DNA of 64,000 nucleotides from Mycobacteriales bacterium (GTDB lineage Bacteria; Actinomycetota; Actinomycetes; Mycobacteriales; CADCTP01): NCBI GenBank assembly GCA_035995165.1, contig DASYKU010000065.1, positions 1,633 to 65,632 of the forward strand, read 5' to 3'. Shown piece by piece: positions 25,115 to 32,092 of this stretch (position 1 is its first letter; each line of letters starts with the position of its first letter). The notes under the pieces were generated by a model. It saw only the letters and a program-made list of their open reading frames with translations, ran no database searches and was not told where the DNA came from. The position numbers and the translations under genes were made by a program.

Positions 25115-25684
25115 TCAGGCCGCGGAGGCGCGGCGGTATCCGTTCTGCCGCGGGCAGATGTGCCCGTTCGCGTCCAGCGGCAGCCCGCACAGCGGGCACG
25201 GCGGCCGGCCGGCCGACACGACGCGGCGGGCCCGCTCCACGAACGCCCGGGCCTCGGCCGAGGTGATCCGGACCCGGAGCACGTCCGGCCCCTCCTCGAC
25301 GTCCTCGAGGATGGTGGACTCGTCGGCGGGCTCGTCCCCGGCGGCCTGGGCCTCGACCACGACCAGCTCCGCGTCGCCGTCCCAGGCCAGCCCCATCGCG
25401 CCGACCCGGAACTCCTCGTCGACGGGAGTGTCCAGCGGCTCGTTGTCGTCCCCGGGCGCCGCCGCCTCCGCGACCGCTACGCCGAGGCGCCGCTGGACCT
25501 CGCCCAGCAGCTCCTCCAGCCGGTCGGCCAGCAGCGAGACCTGTACCTTCTCCAGCGACACGCTCACGGTCCGGCCGGAGCCGGAAGCCTGCAGGAAGAA
25601 GGTGCGGTCGCCGGGCTGGCCCACGGTCCCGGCGACGAACCGGGCAGGGCGATCGAAGAGGTGAACCTGTCGTGGCATCGACAC
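25115..25684 (-). CDS. DUF3090 family protein
   Basis: 189 aa: FVAGTVGQPGDRTFFLQA...PPCPLCGLPLDANGHICPRQNGY. The position resembles Rv2134c. Confidence 0.75.
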   Translation of the reverse strand: MSMPRQVHLFDRPARFVAGTVGQPGDRTFFLQASGSGRTVSVSLEKVQVSLLADRLEELLGEVQRRLGVAVAEAAAPGDDNEPLDTPVDEEFRVGAMGLAWDGDAELVVVEAQAAGDEPADESTILEDVEEGPDVLRVRITSAEARAFVERARRVVSAGRPPCPLCGLPLDANGHICPRQNGYRRASAA

Positions 25685-25703
25685 AACAGTCTACTCCGGG
25701 TGA

Positions 25704-26408
25704 TCAGCCGGGTCCCGCGCCGCCGCCGACCACGGCGTCCGCGGAGGCCTTCTTCCGGCGCCGCTTCTTCGGCGGCGGCAGCAGCGCGGCGACGTCTCCC
25801 CCGGTGTCGTTCACCCGCAGCACGAACGGCCTGGTCTCGGTGTAGCGGACCACCGAGACCGAGCACGGGTCGACCACGATCCGCTGGAAGAGGTCGAGGT
25901 GCAGGCCGAGCGCGTCGGCCAGCAGCGACTTGATGATGTCGCCGTGGCTGCAGGCCACCCAGACCGCGTCCGGGCCCGCCGCGGCGGTGATCCGGGCGTC
26001 CCACTCCCGGACCGCGGCGACGGCCCGGGCCTGCGCGGCGGCCAGCGGCTCGCCCTCGCTGCCGGGGAACACGGCCGCCGACGGGTGCGCCTGCACGACC
26101 CGCCACATCGGCTCCTTGGCCAGCTCCTTCAGCGGCCGCCCGGTCCAGTCGCCGTAGCGGACCTCCGCCAGCCGCGGCTCGACCCGCGCCTCGACCGCAC
26201 GGCCGGACAGGATCGCGGCGGCCGTCTCGGCGCAGCGCTCCAGCGGGCTGGTGACCACCGCGGCCAGCGGCACCGGGGCCAGCCGGGCCGCCACCGCCGC
26301 GGCCTGGGCCCGGCCGCGTTCGTCGAGGTGGACGCCCGGCGTGTGGCCGGCCAGCACCGGCCCGGTCATCGCGGTCAGCCCGTGCCGGACGAACAGGACG
26401 GTGGACAC
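25704..26408 (-). CDS. Histidine phosphatase family protein (putative phosphomutase, MSMEG_4193/Rv2135c-like)
   Basis: 234 aa. The N-terminal sequence LFVRHGLT contains the catalytic RHG motif. Confidence 0.8.
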   Translation of the reverse strand: MSTVLFVRHGLTAMTGPVLAGHTPGVHLDERGRAQAAAVAARLAPVPLAAVVTSPLERCAETAAAILSGRAVEARVEPRLAEVRYGDWTGRPLKELAKEPMWRVVQAHPSAAVFPGSEGEPLAAAQARAVAAVREWDARITAAAGPDAVWVACSHGDIIKSLLADALGLHLDLFQRIVVDPCSVSVVRYTETRPFVLRVNDTGGDVAALLPPPKKRRRKKASADAVVGGGAGPG

Positions 26409-26413
26409 GGCGT

Positions 26414-26425
26414 CACTCTAGAGTG
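26414..26425. promoter_or_regulatory. Perfect 12-bp palindrome CACTCTAGAGTG in a divergent promoter region
   Basis: It lies in the 49-bp gap between the phosphatase start (26408, minus) and the CDF transporter start (26458, plus). Confidence 0.3.
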
Positions 26426-26457
26426 CTGATCCGCGTCGACCGGGGTAGGCAATCCTC

Positions 26458-27444
26458 GTGGCCGAGGACGAGAGCACCGGGACCGTCATCACGGCGCTGG
26501 TCGCCAACCTGGCCATCGCGGTGGCGAAGATCACCGCCGGGCTGATCGGCGGCTCGTCCGCGATGCTGGCCGAGGGTGCGCACTCGGTCGCCGACACGAC
26601 CAACCAGGTCTTCCTGCTGACCTCGCTGCGGCTGTCCCGCAAGGCTCCGGACGACGCCCACCCCTTCGGCTACGGCAAGGAGCGGTTCTTCTGGTCGCTG
26701 CTGGCGGCGGTCGGGATCTTCGTCTCCGGTGCGGTCTTCTCCATCTACGAGGGCGTGCACGGGTTGCTCTCGGGCGAGTCCGAGGTGGCCGGCTACCTGC
26801 TGTCGTACGGGGTGCTGTTCGTCTCCTTCCTGGCCGAGGGCACCTCCTGGCTCAAGGCCGTCCGGCAGCTGCGCGGTGAGGCCGGGCAGGCCGGGCGCGG
26901 GTTGCTGGAGCACGTCCGGCTGTCCTCCGACCCGACCGTGAAGACGGTGTTCTCCGAGGACACCGCCGCGCTGGTCGGCCTGGTGCTGGCCGCCGCCGGG
27001 CTGGCCCTGCACCAGGTGACCGGCCAGGCGTTCTGGGACGCGACCGCGGCGATCGCGATCGGCGTCCTGCTGGCCGTGGTCGCGTACGTGCTGGGTCGCG
27101 ACACCAAGGAGATGCTCATCGGCGAGTCCGCCCCCGCGCCCGTCCGGGAGGGGATCCGAGCCGCGCTGGCCGGGCATCCCGAGGTGGAGCGGGTGGTCGA
27201 GGTCCGGACCATGCTGCTCGGCCCGGAGAGCCTGCTGGTCGCGGCTCGGCTGGACATGGACGACGCGCTCGGCGCGGCCGACGTCGAGGACCGCACCGAC
27301 GAGATCGCGTCCGACCTGCAGGAGCGGTTCCCGCAGGTGCGCGAGGTCTACCTGGACGTCACGTCCCGGGACGGGACTCAGGTGGCCGAGACGGCTCCGG
27401 ACGCGAGCAGCGCCAGCAGCACGACCCCGAGGGCGACCCGGTAG
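26458..27444 (+). CDS. Cation diffusion facilitator (CDF) family metal efflux transporter
   Basis: 328 aa: VANLAIAVAKITAGLIGGSSAMLAEGAHSVADT, six TM helices and a C-terminal cytoplasmic domain. The 3' end overlaps the convergent uppP by 67 nt. Confidence 0.85.
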   Translation: MAEDESTGTVITALVANLAIAVAKITAGLIGGSSAMLAEGAHSVADTTNQVFLLTSLRLSRKAPDDAHPFGYGKERFFWSLLAAVGIFVSGAVFSIYEGVHGLLSGESEVAGYLLSYGVLFVSFLAEGTSWLKAVRQLRGEAGQAGRGLLEHVRLSSDPTVKTVFSEDTAALVGLVLAAAGLALHQVTGQAFWDATAAIAIGVLLAVVAYVLGRDTKEMLIGESAPAPVREGIRAALAGHPEVERVVEVRTMLLGPESLLVAARLDMDDALGAADVEDRTDEIASDLQERFPQVREVYLDVTSRDGTQVAETAPDASSASSTTPRATR

Positions 27445-28214
27445 ATGATGAACGACGTGTACGTGTGCCGCGCGACGAAGCGCAGCAGCCAGGCCACCGA
27501 GAAGTAGGCGACGACGAAGCTGACCACGGTCGCCACCGCCGTGGCCGGCCAGCCGACCCCGGTGGAGATGTCGCCGGCCGCGGTCACCCCCTGCAGCACC
27601 CCGGCCGCGGTCAGCGCCGGCACCGAGAGCATGAACGACAGGCGGGTCACCGCGACCCGGTCGATCCCGCGCAGCAGGCCGGCCGTCATCGTCGCCCCGG
27701 ACCGGGACACGCCCGGCACCAGCGCCAGGCACTGGGCCAGCCCGACGATGAGCGTGTCCTTCCAGGTGATGTCGTTCTCGTGGCGTTTCTGGCTGCCGGT
27801 GCGGTCCGCGTAGAGCATCGGCCCGCTCCAGATGATCAACGCGGTGCCGACGAACCAGAGGCTGCGGAACGTGGTCTCGATCTGGTCCTGGAACAGCAGC
27901 CCGGCGATCCCGATCGGGATCGAGCCGAGCACCACGGCCCAGCCGAACTTCCAGTCCGGGTCGGCCCGCCAGCCCTGCCGGAACAGCCCGCGGATGATCG
28001 CGAACACGATCCGGCGGAACTCGTCGCGCAGGTAGATCAGCGTGGCCAGCACCGCGCCGGTCTGGATGATCGCGGTGAACGCGGTTACGTCCAGCGCGTC
28101 GACCTGGTAGCCGAGCAGTCGCTCCAGGATCGTCAGGTGGCCCGTGCTGGACACGGGCAGGAACTCGGTGAGGCCCTCGACGACGCCGAAGAGGACCGCG
28201 GAGACGAGGTTCAC
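27378..28214 (-). CDS. uppP: Undecaprenyl-diphosphate phosphatase
   Basis: 278 aa. BacA/UppP motifs GVVEGLTEFLPVSSTGH and PGVSRSGATM are present. The position resembles Rv2136c. Confidence 0.92.
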   Translation of the reverse strand: MNLVSAVLFGVVEGLTEFLPVSSTGHLTILERLLGYQVDALDVTAFTAIIQTGAVLATLIYLRDEFRRIVFAIIRGLFRQGWRADPDWKFGWAVVLGSIPIGIAGLLFQDQIETTFRSLWFVGTALIIWSGPMLYADRTGSQKRHENDITWKDTLIVGLAQCLALVPGVSRSGATMTAGLLRGIDRVAVTRLSFMLSVPALTAAGVLQGVTAAGDISTGVGWPATAVATVVSFVVAYFSVAWLLRFVARHTYTSFIIYRVALGVVLLALLASGAVSAT

Positions 28215-29251
28215 GCGAGCCCGGCGCGCTCGACGGCGCCGACCAGGGCGCGCAGCGCGTCGATCCGCTGCTCCACGGTCTCCCCGTACGGCGCGGCCGA
28301 GACCGTCGTGACGCCCGCCTCGGCCAGCTCGACCAGCCGGTCGGCGATCCGTTCCTCCGGTCCCAGCAGCGAGGTCCGGTCCACGAACTCGTACGGGACC
28401 GCCACGGCCGCCTCCCGGTGCTTGCGGTCCAGGTACAGGTCCTGGACCTCGCGGGCCTGCGCCTCGAAGCCCATCCGGCGGGCGATGTTGTTGTAGAAGT
28501 TCTTCTCCCGCGAGCCCATGCCGCCGACGTAGAGGGCGGCGTAGCCGCGCACGGGGTCGGCGCAGCGCTCCGGGTCGGGCCCGACCGAGAGCGGGACGGT
28601 CGGCACCACGTCGAAGTCCTCCAGGGTGTGCCCGGGTCGGCCGGCCTTCAGCGGCTCGAGGAAGTCGGCGGCCCGCTCGGCGGCGAAGAACAGCAGCAGC
28701 GCGCCGTCGGCGATCTCGCCGGCCAGCTCCAGGTTCCTGGGCCCCACCGCGGCCAGATAGACCGGCACGTCCGCGCGGATGGGGTGGATGATCATCTTCA
28801 GTGCCTTGCCGGGTCCGTCGGGCAGCGGCAACGTGTAGTGCTCGCCGTCGTACGCGAGCGTCTCCCGGCGCAGCGCCTTACGGACGATCTCGACGTACTC
28901 GCGGGTGCGGCCGAGCGGCTTGTCGAAGCGCACCCCGTGCCAGCCCTCGGAGACCTGCGGGCCGGACACCCCGAGGCCGAGCCGGAACCGGCCGCCGGAC
29001 AGGGCATCGAGGGTGGCCGCGGTCATCGCGGTCATGGCCGGTGTCCGGGCCGGGATCTGCATGACCGCGCTGCCGATGTCCACCCGCCCGGTCTTCGCGG
29101 CCAGGTAGCCGAGCACGGAGACGACGTCGGAGCCCCAGGCCTCGGCGGCCCAGACGACGGCGAACCCGAGCCGATCGGCCTCCTCGGCCAGGGCCAGGTT
29201 GGCCTCGTCGTTCCCGCCGCCCCAGTAGCCGAGGTTCAGTCCCAGACGCAC
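28211..29251 (-). CDS. LLM-class F420-dependent oxidoreductase
   Basis: 346 aa: MRLGLNLGYWGGG...FAVVWAAEAWGSD..., a luciferase-like monooxygenase fold. GTG start; the stop overlaps the uppP start. Confidence 0.8.
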   Translation of the reverse strand: MRLGLNLGYWGGGNDEANLALAEEADRLGFAVVWAAEAWGSDVVSVLGYLAAKTGRVDIGSAVMQIPARTPAMTAMTAATLDALSGGRFRLGLGVSGPQVSEGWHGVRFDKPLGRTREYVEIVRKALRRETLAYDGEHYTLPLPDGPGKALKMIIHPIRADVPVYLAAVGPRNLELAGEIADGALLLFFAAERAADFLEPLKAGRPGHTLEDFDVVPTVPLSVGPDPERCADPVRGYAALYVGGMGSREKNFYNNIARRMGFEAQAREVQDLYLDRKHREAAVAVPYEFVDRTSLLGPEERIADRLVELAEAGVTTVSAAPYGETVEQRIDALRALVGAVERAGLA

Positions 29252-29472
29252 CGCCAGACCCTAGGGCATGTCTCTCAACTGGCTGGCGGCGCCGGTGACG
29301 CTCGGACGACGACCGGCCGCGTTGGCGAAGCCGACCGATACGACGCCGGTATCGGCCGACTCCGCCGCCTTGCCCTGCGCCGCCCGCGCGAAGCGCCCTG
29401 GCAGCTGGGACGCCACCGCCAGCCACCGCCAGCCACGAGACAGCCCTGGCGGGACAGTCCGTGCACGCACGG

Positions 29473-29478
29473 TAGGTT
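29473..29478 (+). promoter_or_regulatory. Candidate -10 hexamer TAGGTT, 8 nt upstream of the aldo-keto reductase ATG (possible leaderless mRNA)
   Basis: The sequence ggTAGGTTgcccgctcATG has no Shine-Dalgarno. Confidence 0.3.
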
Positions 29479-29486
29479 GCCCGCTC

Positions 29487-30455
29487 ATGGAGCAGCGCCC
29501 GGTCGGCCGCAGCGGCCTGGTCGTGTCCCGGCTGGGTCTCGGCACGGCCACCTGGGGACGCGACACCGATCCCGACGACGCCGCCGCGCAGCTGGTCGCC
29601 TTCCGGGAGGCCGGCGGCACCCTGCTCGACATCGGCCCCTGGTACGTCTGCGAGCAGGCCGAGCCGCTCATCGGCCGGCTGCTGCAGGACGTGGTCCCGC
29701 GCGACGAGCTGGTGCTGGCGGTGAAGTCCGGCGGGCCGATCGGCCCGGGCGCGGCCGCTCGCGGGCTGTCCCGCGGCGGCCTGCTGTCCGCGCTGGACAA
29801 CTCGATGATGCGGCTGGGCGTGGACTCGGTCGACCTCTGGCAGCTGCACGGCTGGGACGAGCGGGTCCCGATGGAGGAGGTCCTCTCCGCGGTCGACGTG
29901 GCCGTGACCAGCGGCCGGGCCCGGTACGCGGGCGTGTCCAACCTGCCCGGCTGGCGCACCGCGGCGGCCGCGGCCTGGCAGCGGGCCTGGCCGGCCCGGG
30001 CCCCGCTCTCGGCCACCCAGGTCGAGTACTCGCTGCTGGAGCGGGGCGTGGAGCGCGAGGTGCTGCCGGCCTGCGACTGGGCCGGGCTGGGCGTGCTGGC
30101 GTACTCGCCGCTGGGGCGCGGGGTGCTGACCGGCAAGTACCGGCACGGGGTGCCCTCGGACTCGCGGGCCGCCTCCCCGCACCTGCGCGACTTCGTCGGC
30201 CACCACCTGACCGACGCCGCGGCCCGGATCGTCGAGGCGGTCGCGACCGCGGCCGAGGGGCTCGGCACCTCCCCGCTGGCGGTCTCGCTGGCCTGGGTCC
30301 GGGACCGGGCCGGGGTGAGCTCCTCGATCCTCGGCGCGCGGACGGTCGGGCAGCTCTCGGGATCGCTCGCCGCGGACGCCACGGTTCTGCCGGCGGAGAT
30401 CCGGCACGCCCTCGACGACGTCTCCGCTACCCCGTTCGCCTATCCAGAGCGTTAG
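29487..30455 (+). CDS. Aldo/keto reductase
   Basis: I trimmed track ORF 29268..30455 to the ATG at 29487 (MEQRPVGRSGLVVSRLGLGTATWG...), a typical AKR N-terminus. The product is 322 aa. Confidence 0.85.
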   Translation: MEQRPVGRSGLVVSRLGLGTATWGRDTDPDDAAAQLVAFREAGGTLLDIGPWYVCEQAEPLIGRLLQDVVPRDELVLAVKSGGPIGPGAAARGLSRGGLLSALDNSMMRLGVDSVDLWQLHGWDERVPMEEVLSAVDVAVTSGRARYAGVSNLPGWRTAAAAAWQRAWPARAPLSATQVEYSLLERGVEREVLPACDWAGLGVLAYSPLGRGVLTGKYRHGVPSDSRAASPHLRDFVGHHLTDAAARIVEAVATAAEGLGTSPLAVSLAWVRDRAGVSSSILGARTVGQLSGSLAADATVLPAEIRHALDDVSATPFAYPER

Positions 30456-30500
30456 GGAGCTAGCCCACTTGCATCCGTGCACGGCCGCGCCCGGATCTAT

Positions 30501-30519
30501 TTCCGACTTCTGAAGTCGG
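30501..30519. promoter_or_regulatory. Perfect 19-bp palindrome tccgacttc-t-gaagtcgga
   Basis: It sits 46 nt after the AKR stop, inside the 340-bp AT-richer leader of the polysaccharide operon. It could be a terminator stem or an operator. Confidence 0.35.
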
Positions 30520-30632
30520 ATACCGAGCGGAGCTATGAAGCCTACTTCCGAGTACGTCGAGTACACGAAACACGATAGCAATAGCGCAGCCGGGTGACCA
30601 GGGCCACACTAGCGAGCCATTCCGCCTACATA

Positions 30633-30647
30633 GAGTGACTATCACTC
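30633..30647. promoter_or_regulatory. Perfect 15-bp palindrome GAGTGA-cta-TCACTC (candidate operator)
   Basis: Read directly from the sequence. It lies about 150 nt upstream of the GT2 start. Confidence 0.35.
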
Positions 30648-30655
30648 GACCCGCG

Positions 30656-30670
30656 GCCACGGTCCGTGGC
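30656..30670. promoter_or_regulatory. Perfect 15-bp palindrome GCCACGG-t-CCGTGGC (candidate operator)
   Basis: Read directly from the sequence. It lies 8 nt downstream of the previous palindrome. Confidence 0.3.
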
Positions 30671-30796
30671 GAATTTGGACAATCCCGGTAAACGGTTCGT
30701 TAACGAAGGCGCGGAGTCGTTCCGCCGGACGCGTTTGTGCGGCACGGTCTTGCTCGTCTGCAAGGTCCGTTGACGGACAAAAACGGGTGGGGGGAA

Positions 30797-32092
30797 GTGA
30801 CGGTGTCGACCGTCCAAGATGTGCTGTCCGCCGTGAACCGGTGGTTCGCCGAGACCCTCGGCAACGGCGGGTGGAAGGAAATGATGCCGCTCGGCATCGC
30901 CGGGATCGTGGTCTGGTCCCTCTGGATCTACCGGGCCGTGATGTCCCGGTTCGCCAAGCCGGTCGTGAACGACTTCCGCACCACCACCTCGGTGGTCGTG
31001 CCCTCGTTCCGCGAGGACCCGGACATCCTGCTGCGCTGCCTGCGCAGCTGGCTGGTGCAGGAGCCGTCCGAGGTCCTCATCGTGCTCGACGTCGAGGACA
31101 CCGAGTGCGCGGCCCGGCTGGCGACCGTACGCAGCCCGCTGCTGAAGGTGATCCGCTACCGGCACTCCGGCAAGCGCTCGGCCCTGGGCGTCGGCATCCG
31201 GGCCGCCCGCGGCGAGATCATCGTCTTCGCCGACTCAGACACGGCCTGGAAGCCCGGCCTGCTCGACGCCGTGCAGATGCCGTTCGTCGACCCGCAGGTC
31301 GGCGCCGTCGGCACCCAGCAGAACGTCTACCAGCGCCGCACCAGCGTCTGGCGCCGGCTCGCGGACTGGCTGGTCAACCTGCGCTACAGCGACTACGTGC
31401 CGGCGATGGGCCGCAAGGGCGGGGTGATCTGCGTGTCCGGCCGGACCGCGGCGTACCGCCGGGCGGCGATCCTGCCGGTGGTGCAGAACCTGGAGAACGA
31501 GTTCTTCCTCGGCCGGCGCTGCGTCGCCGGCGACGACGGCCGGATGACCTGGCTGGTGCTCGCCTCCGGTTACAAGACGGTCCACCAGTCGAGCGCCCAG
31601 GCGCTGTCGATGTTCCCGGACTCGTTCCGGGCGTTCGTGAAGCAGCGGGTGCGCTGGAGCCGCAACTCCTACCGCTGCTACCTGACCGCGCTCTGGAAGG
31701 GCTGGCTCTGGCGGGCGCCGCGGATCAGCCAGCTGACCGTGCTGCAGATCCTGCTCACCCCGGTGACGATGGCGCTGACGCTGGCCTACCTGCTGTTCAG
31801 CCGGCTGCAGTTCACGCCGACCGGGATCGGCCTGGCCGTCGGCTGGATGCTGCTCGGCCGGGGCATCCGGGGCTACTCCCACCTGCGCAAGCACCCTGGA
31901 GAGATCATCCTGCTGCCGCTGACCGCGCTGATCGTGATCATGATCGCGCTGCCGATCAAGCTGTACGCGTTCGTCACCATGAACAAGCAGGGCTGGCTCA
32001 CCCGCTCCTCCGACTCCGTCGGCGGCGAGGGCCAGACCGCGGGCACCCTCAACCAGCAGGGCCGCTTCGGCGCGCAACCGGAGGTGGCCTGA
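30797..32092 (+). CDS. Processive family-2 glycosyltransferase, class I hyaluronan-synthase (HasA)-like membrane synthase
   Basis: GTG at 30797 follows the RBS GGTGGGGGGAA, in frame with track ORF 30737..32092. Blocks parallel S. pyogenes HasA as I remember it: SVVVPSFREDPDILLRCLRSWL, SGKRSALGVG, FADSDT, VCSGRTAAYRR, AGDDGRMT (31526-31540), QRVRWSRN (QxxRW at 31643-31657) and the C-terminal LPIKLYAFVTMNKQGWLTR. TM helices flank the catalytic domain. Confidence 0.85.
   Translation: MTVSTVQDVLSAVNRWFAETLGNGGWKEMMPLGIAGIVVWSLWIYRAVMSRFAKPVVNDFRTTTSVVVPSFREDPDILLRCLRSWLVQEPSEVLIVLDVEDTECAARLATVRSPLLKVIRYRHSGKRSALGVGIRAARGEIIVFADSDTAWKPGLLDAVQMPFVDPQVGAVGTQQNVYQRRTSVWRRLADWLVNLRYSDYVPAMGRKGGVICVSGRTAAYRRAAILPVVQNLENEFFLGRRCVAGDDGRMTWLVLASGYKTVHQSSAQALSMFPDSFRAFVKQRVRWSRNSYRCYLTALWKGWLWRAPRISQLTVLQILLTPVTMALTLAYLLFSRLQFTPTGIGLAVGWMLLGRGIRGYSHLRKHPGEIILLPLTALIVIMIALPIKLYAFVTMNKQGWLTRSSDSVGGEGQTAGTLNQQGRFGAQPEVA

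Noticed and set aside
30737-30796. The track start of the GT2 ORF at 30737
   Set aside because: The first 20 codons (MRHGLARLQGPLTDKNGWGE) run through the GGTGGGGGGAA ribosome-binding sequence. The GTG at 30797 (or 30803) has proper RBS spacing.
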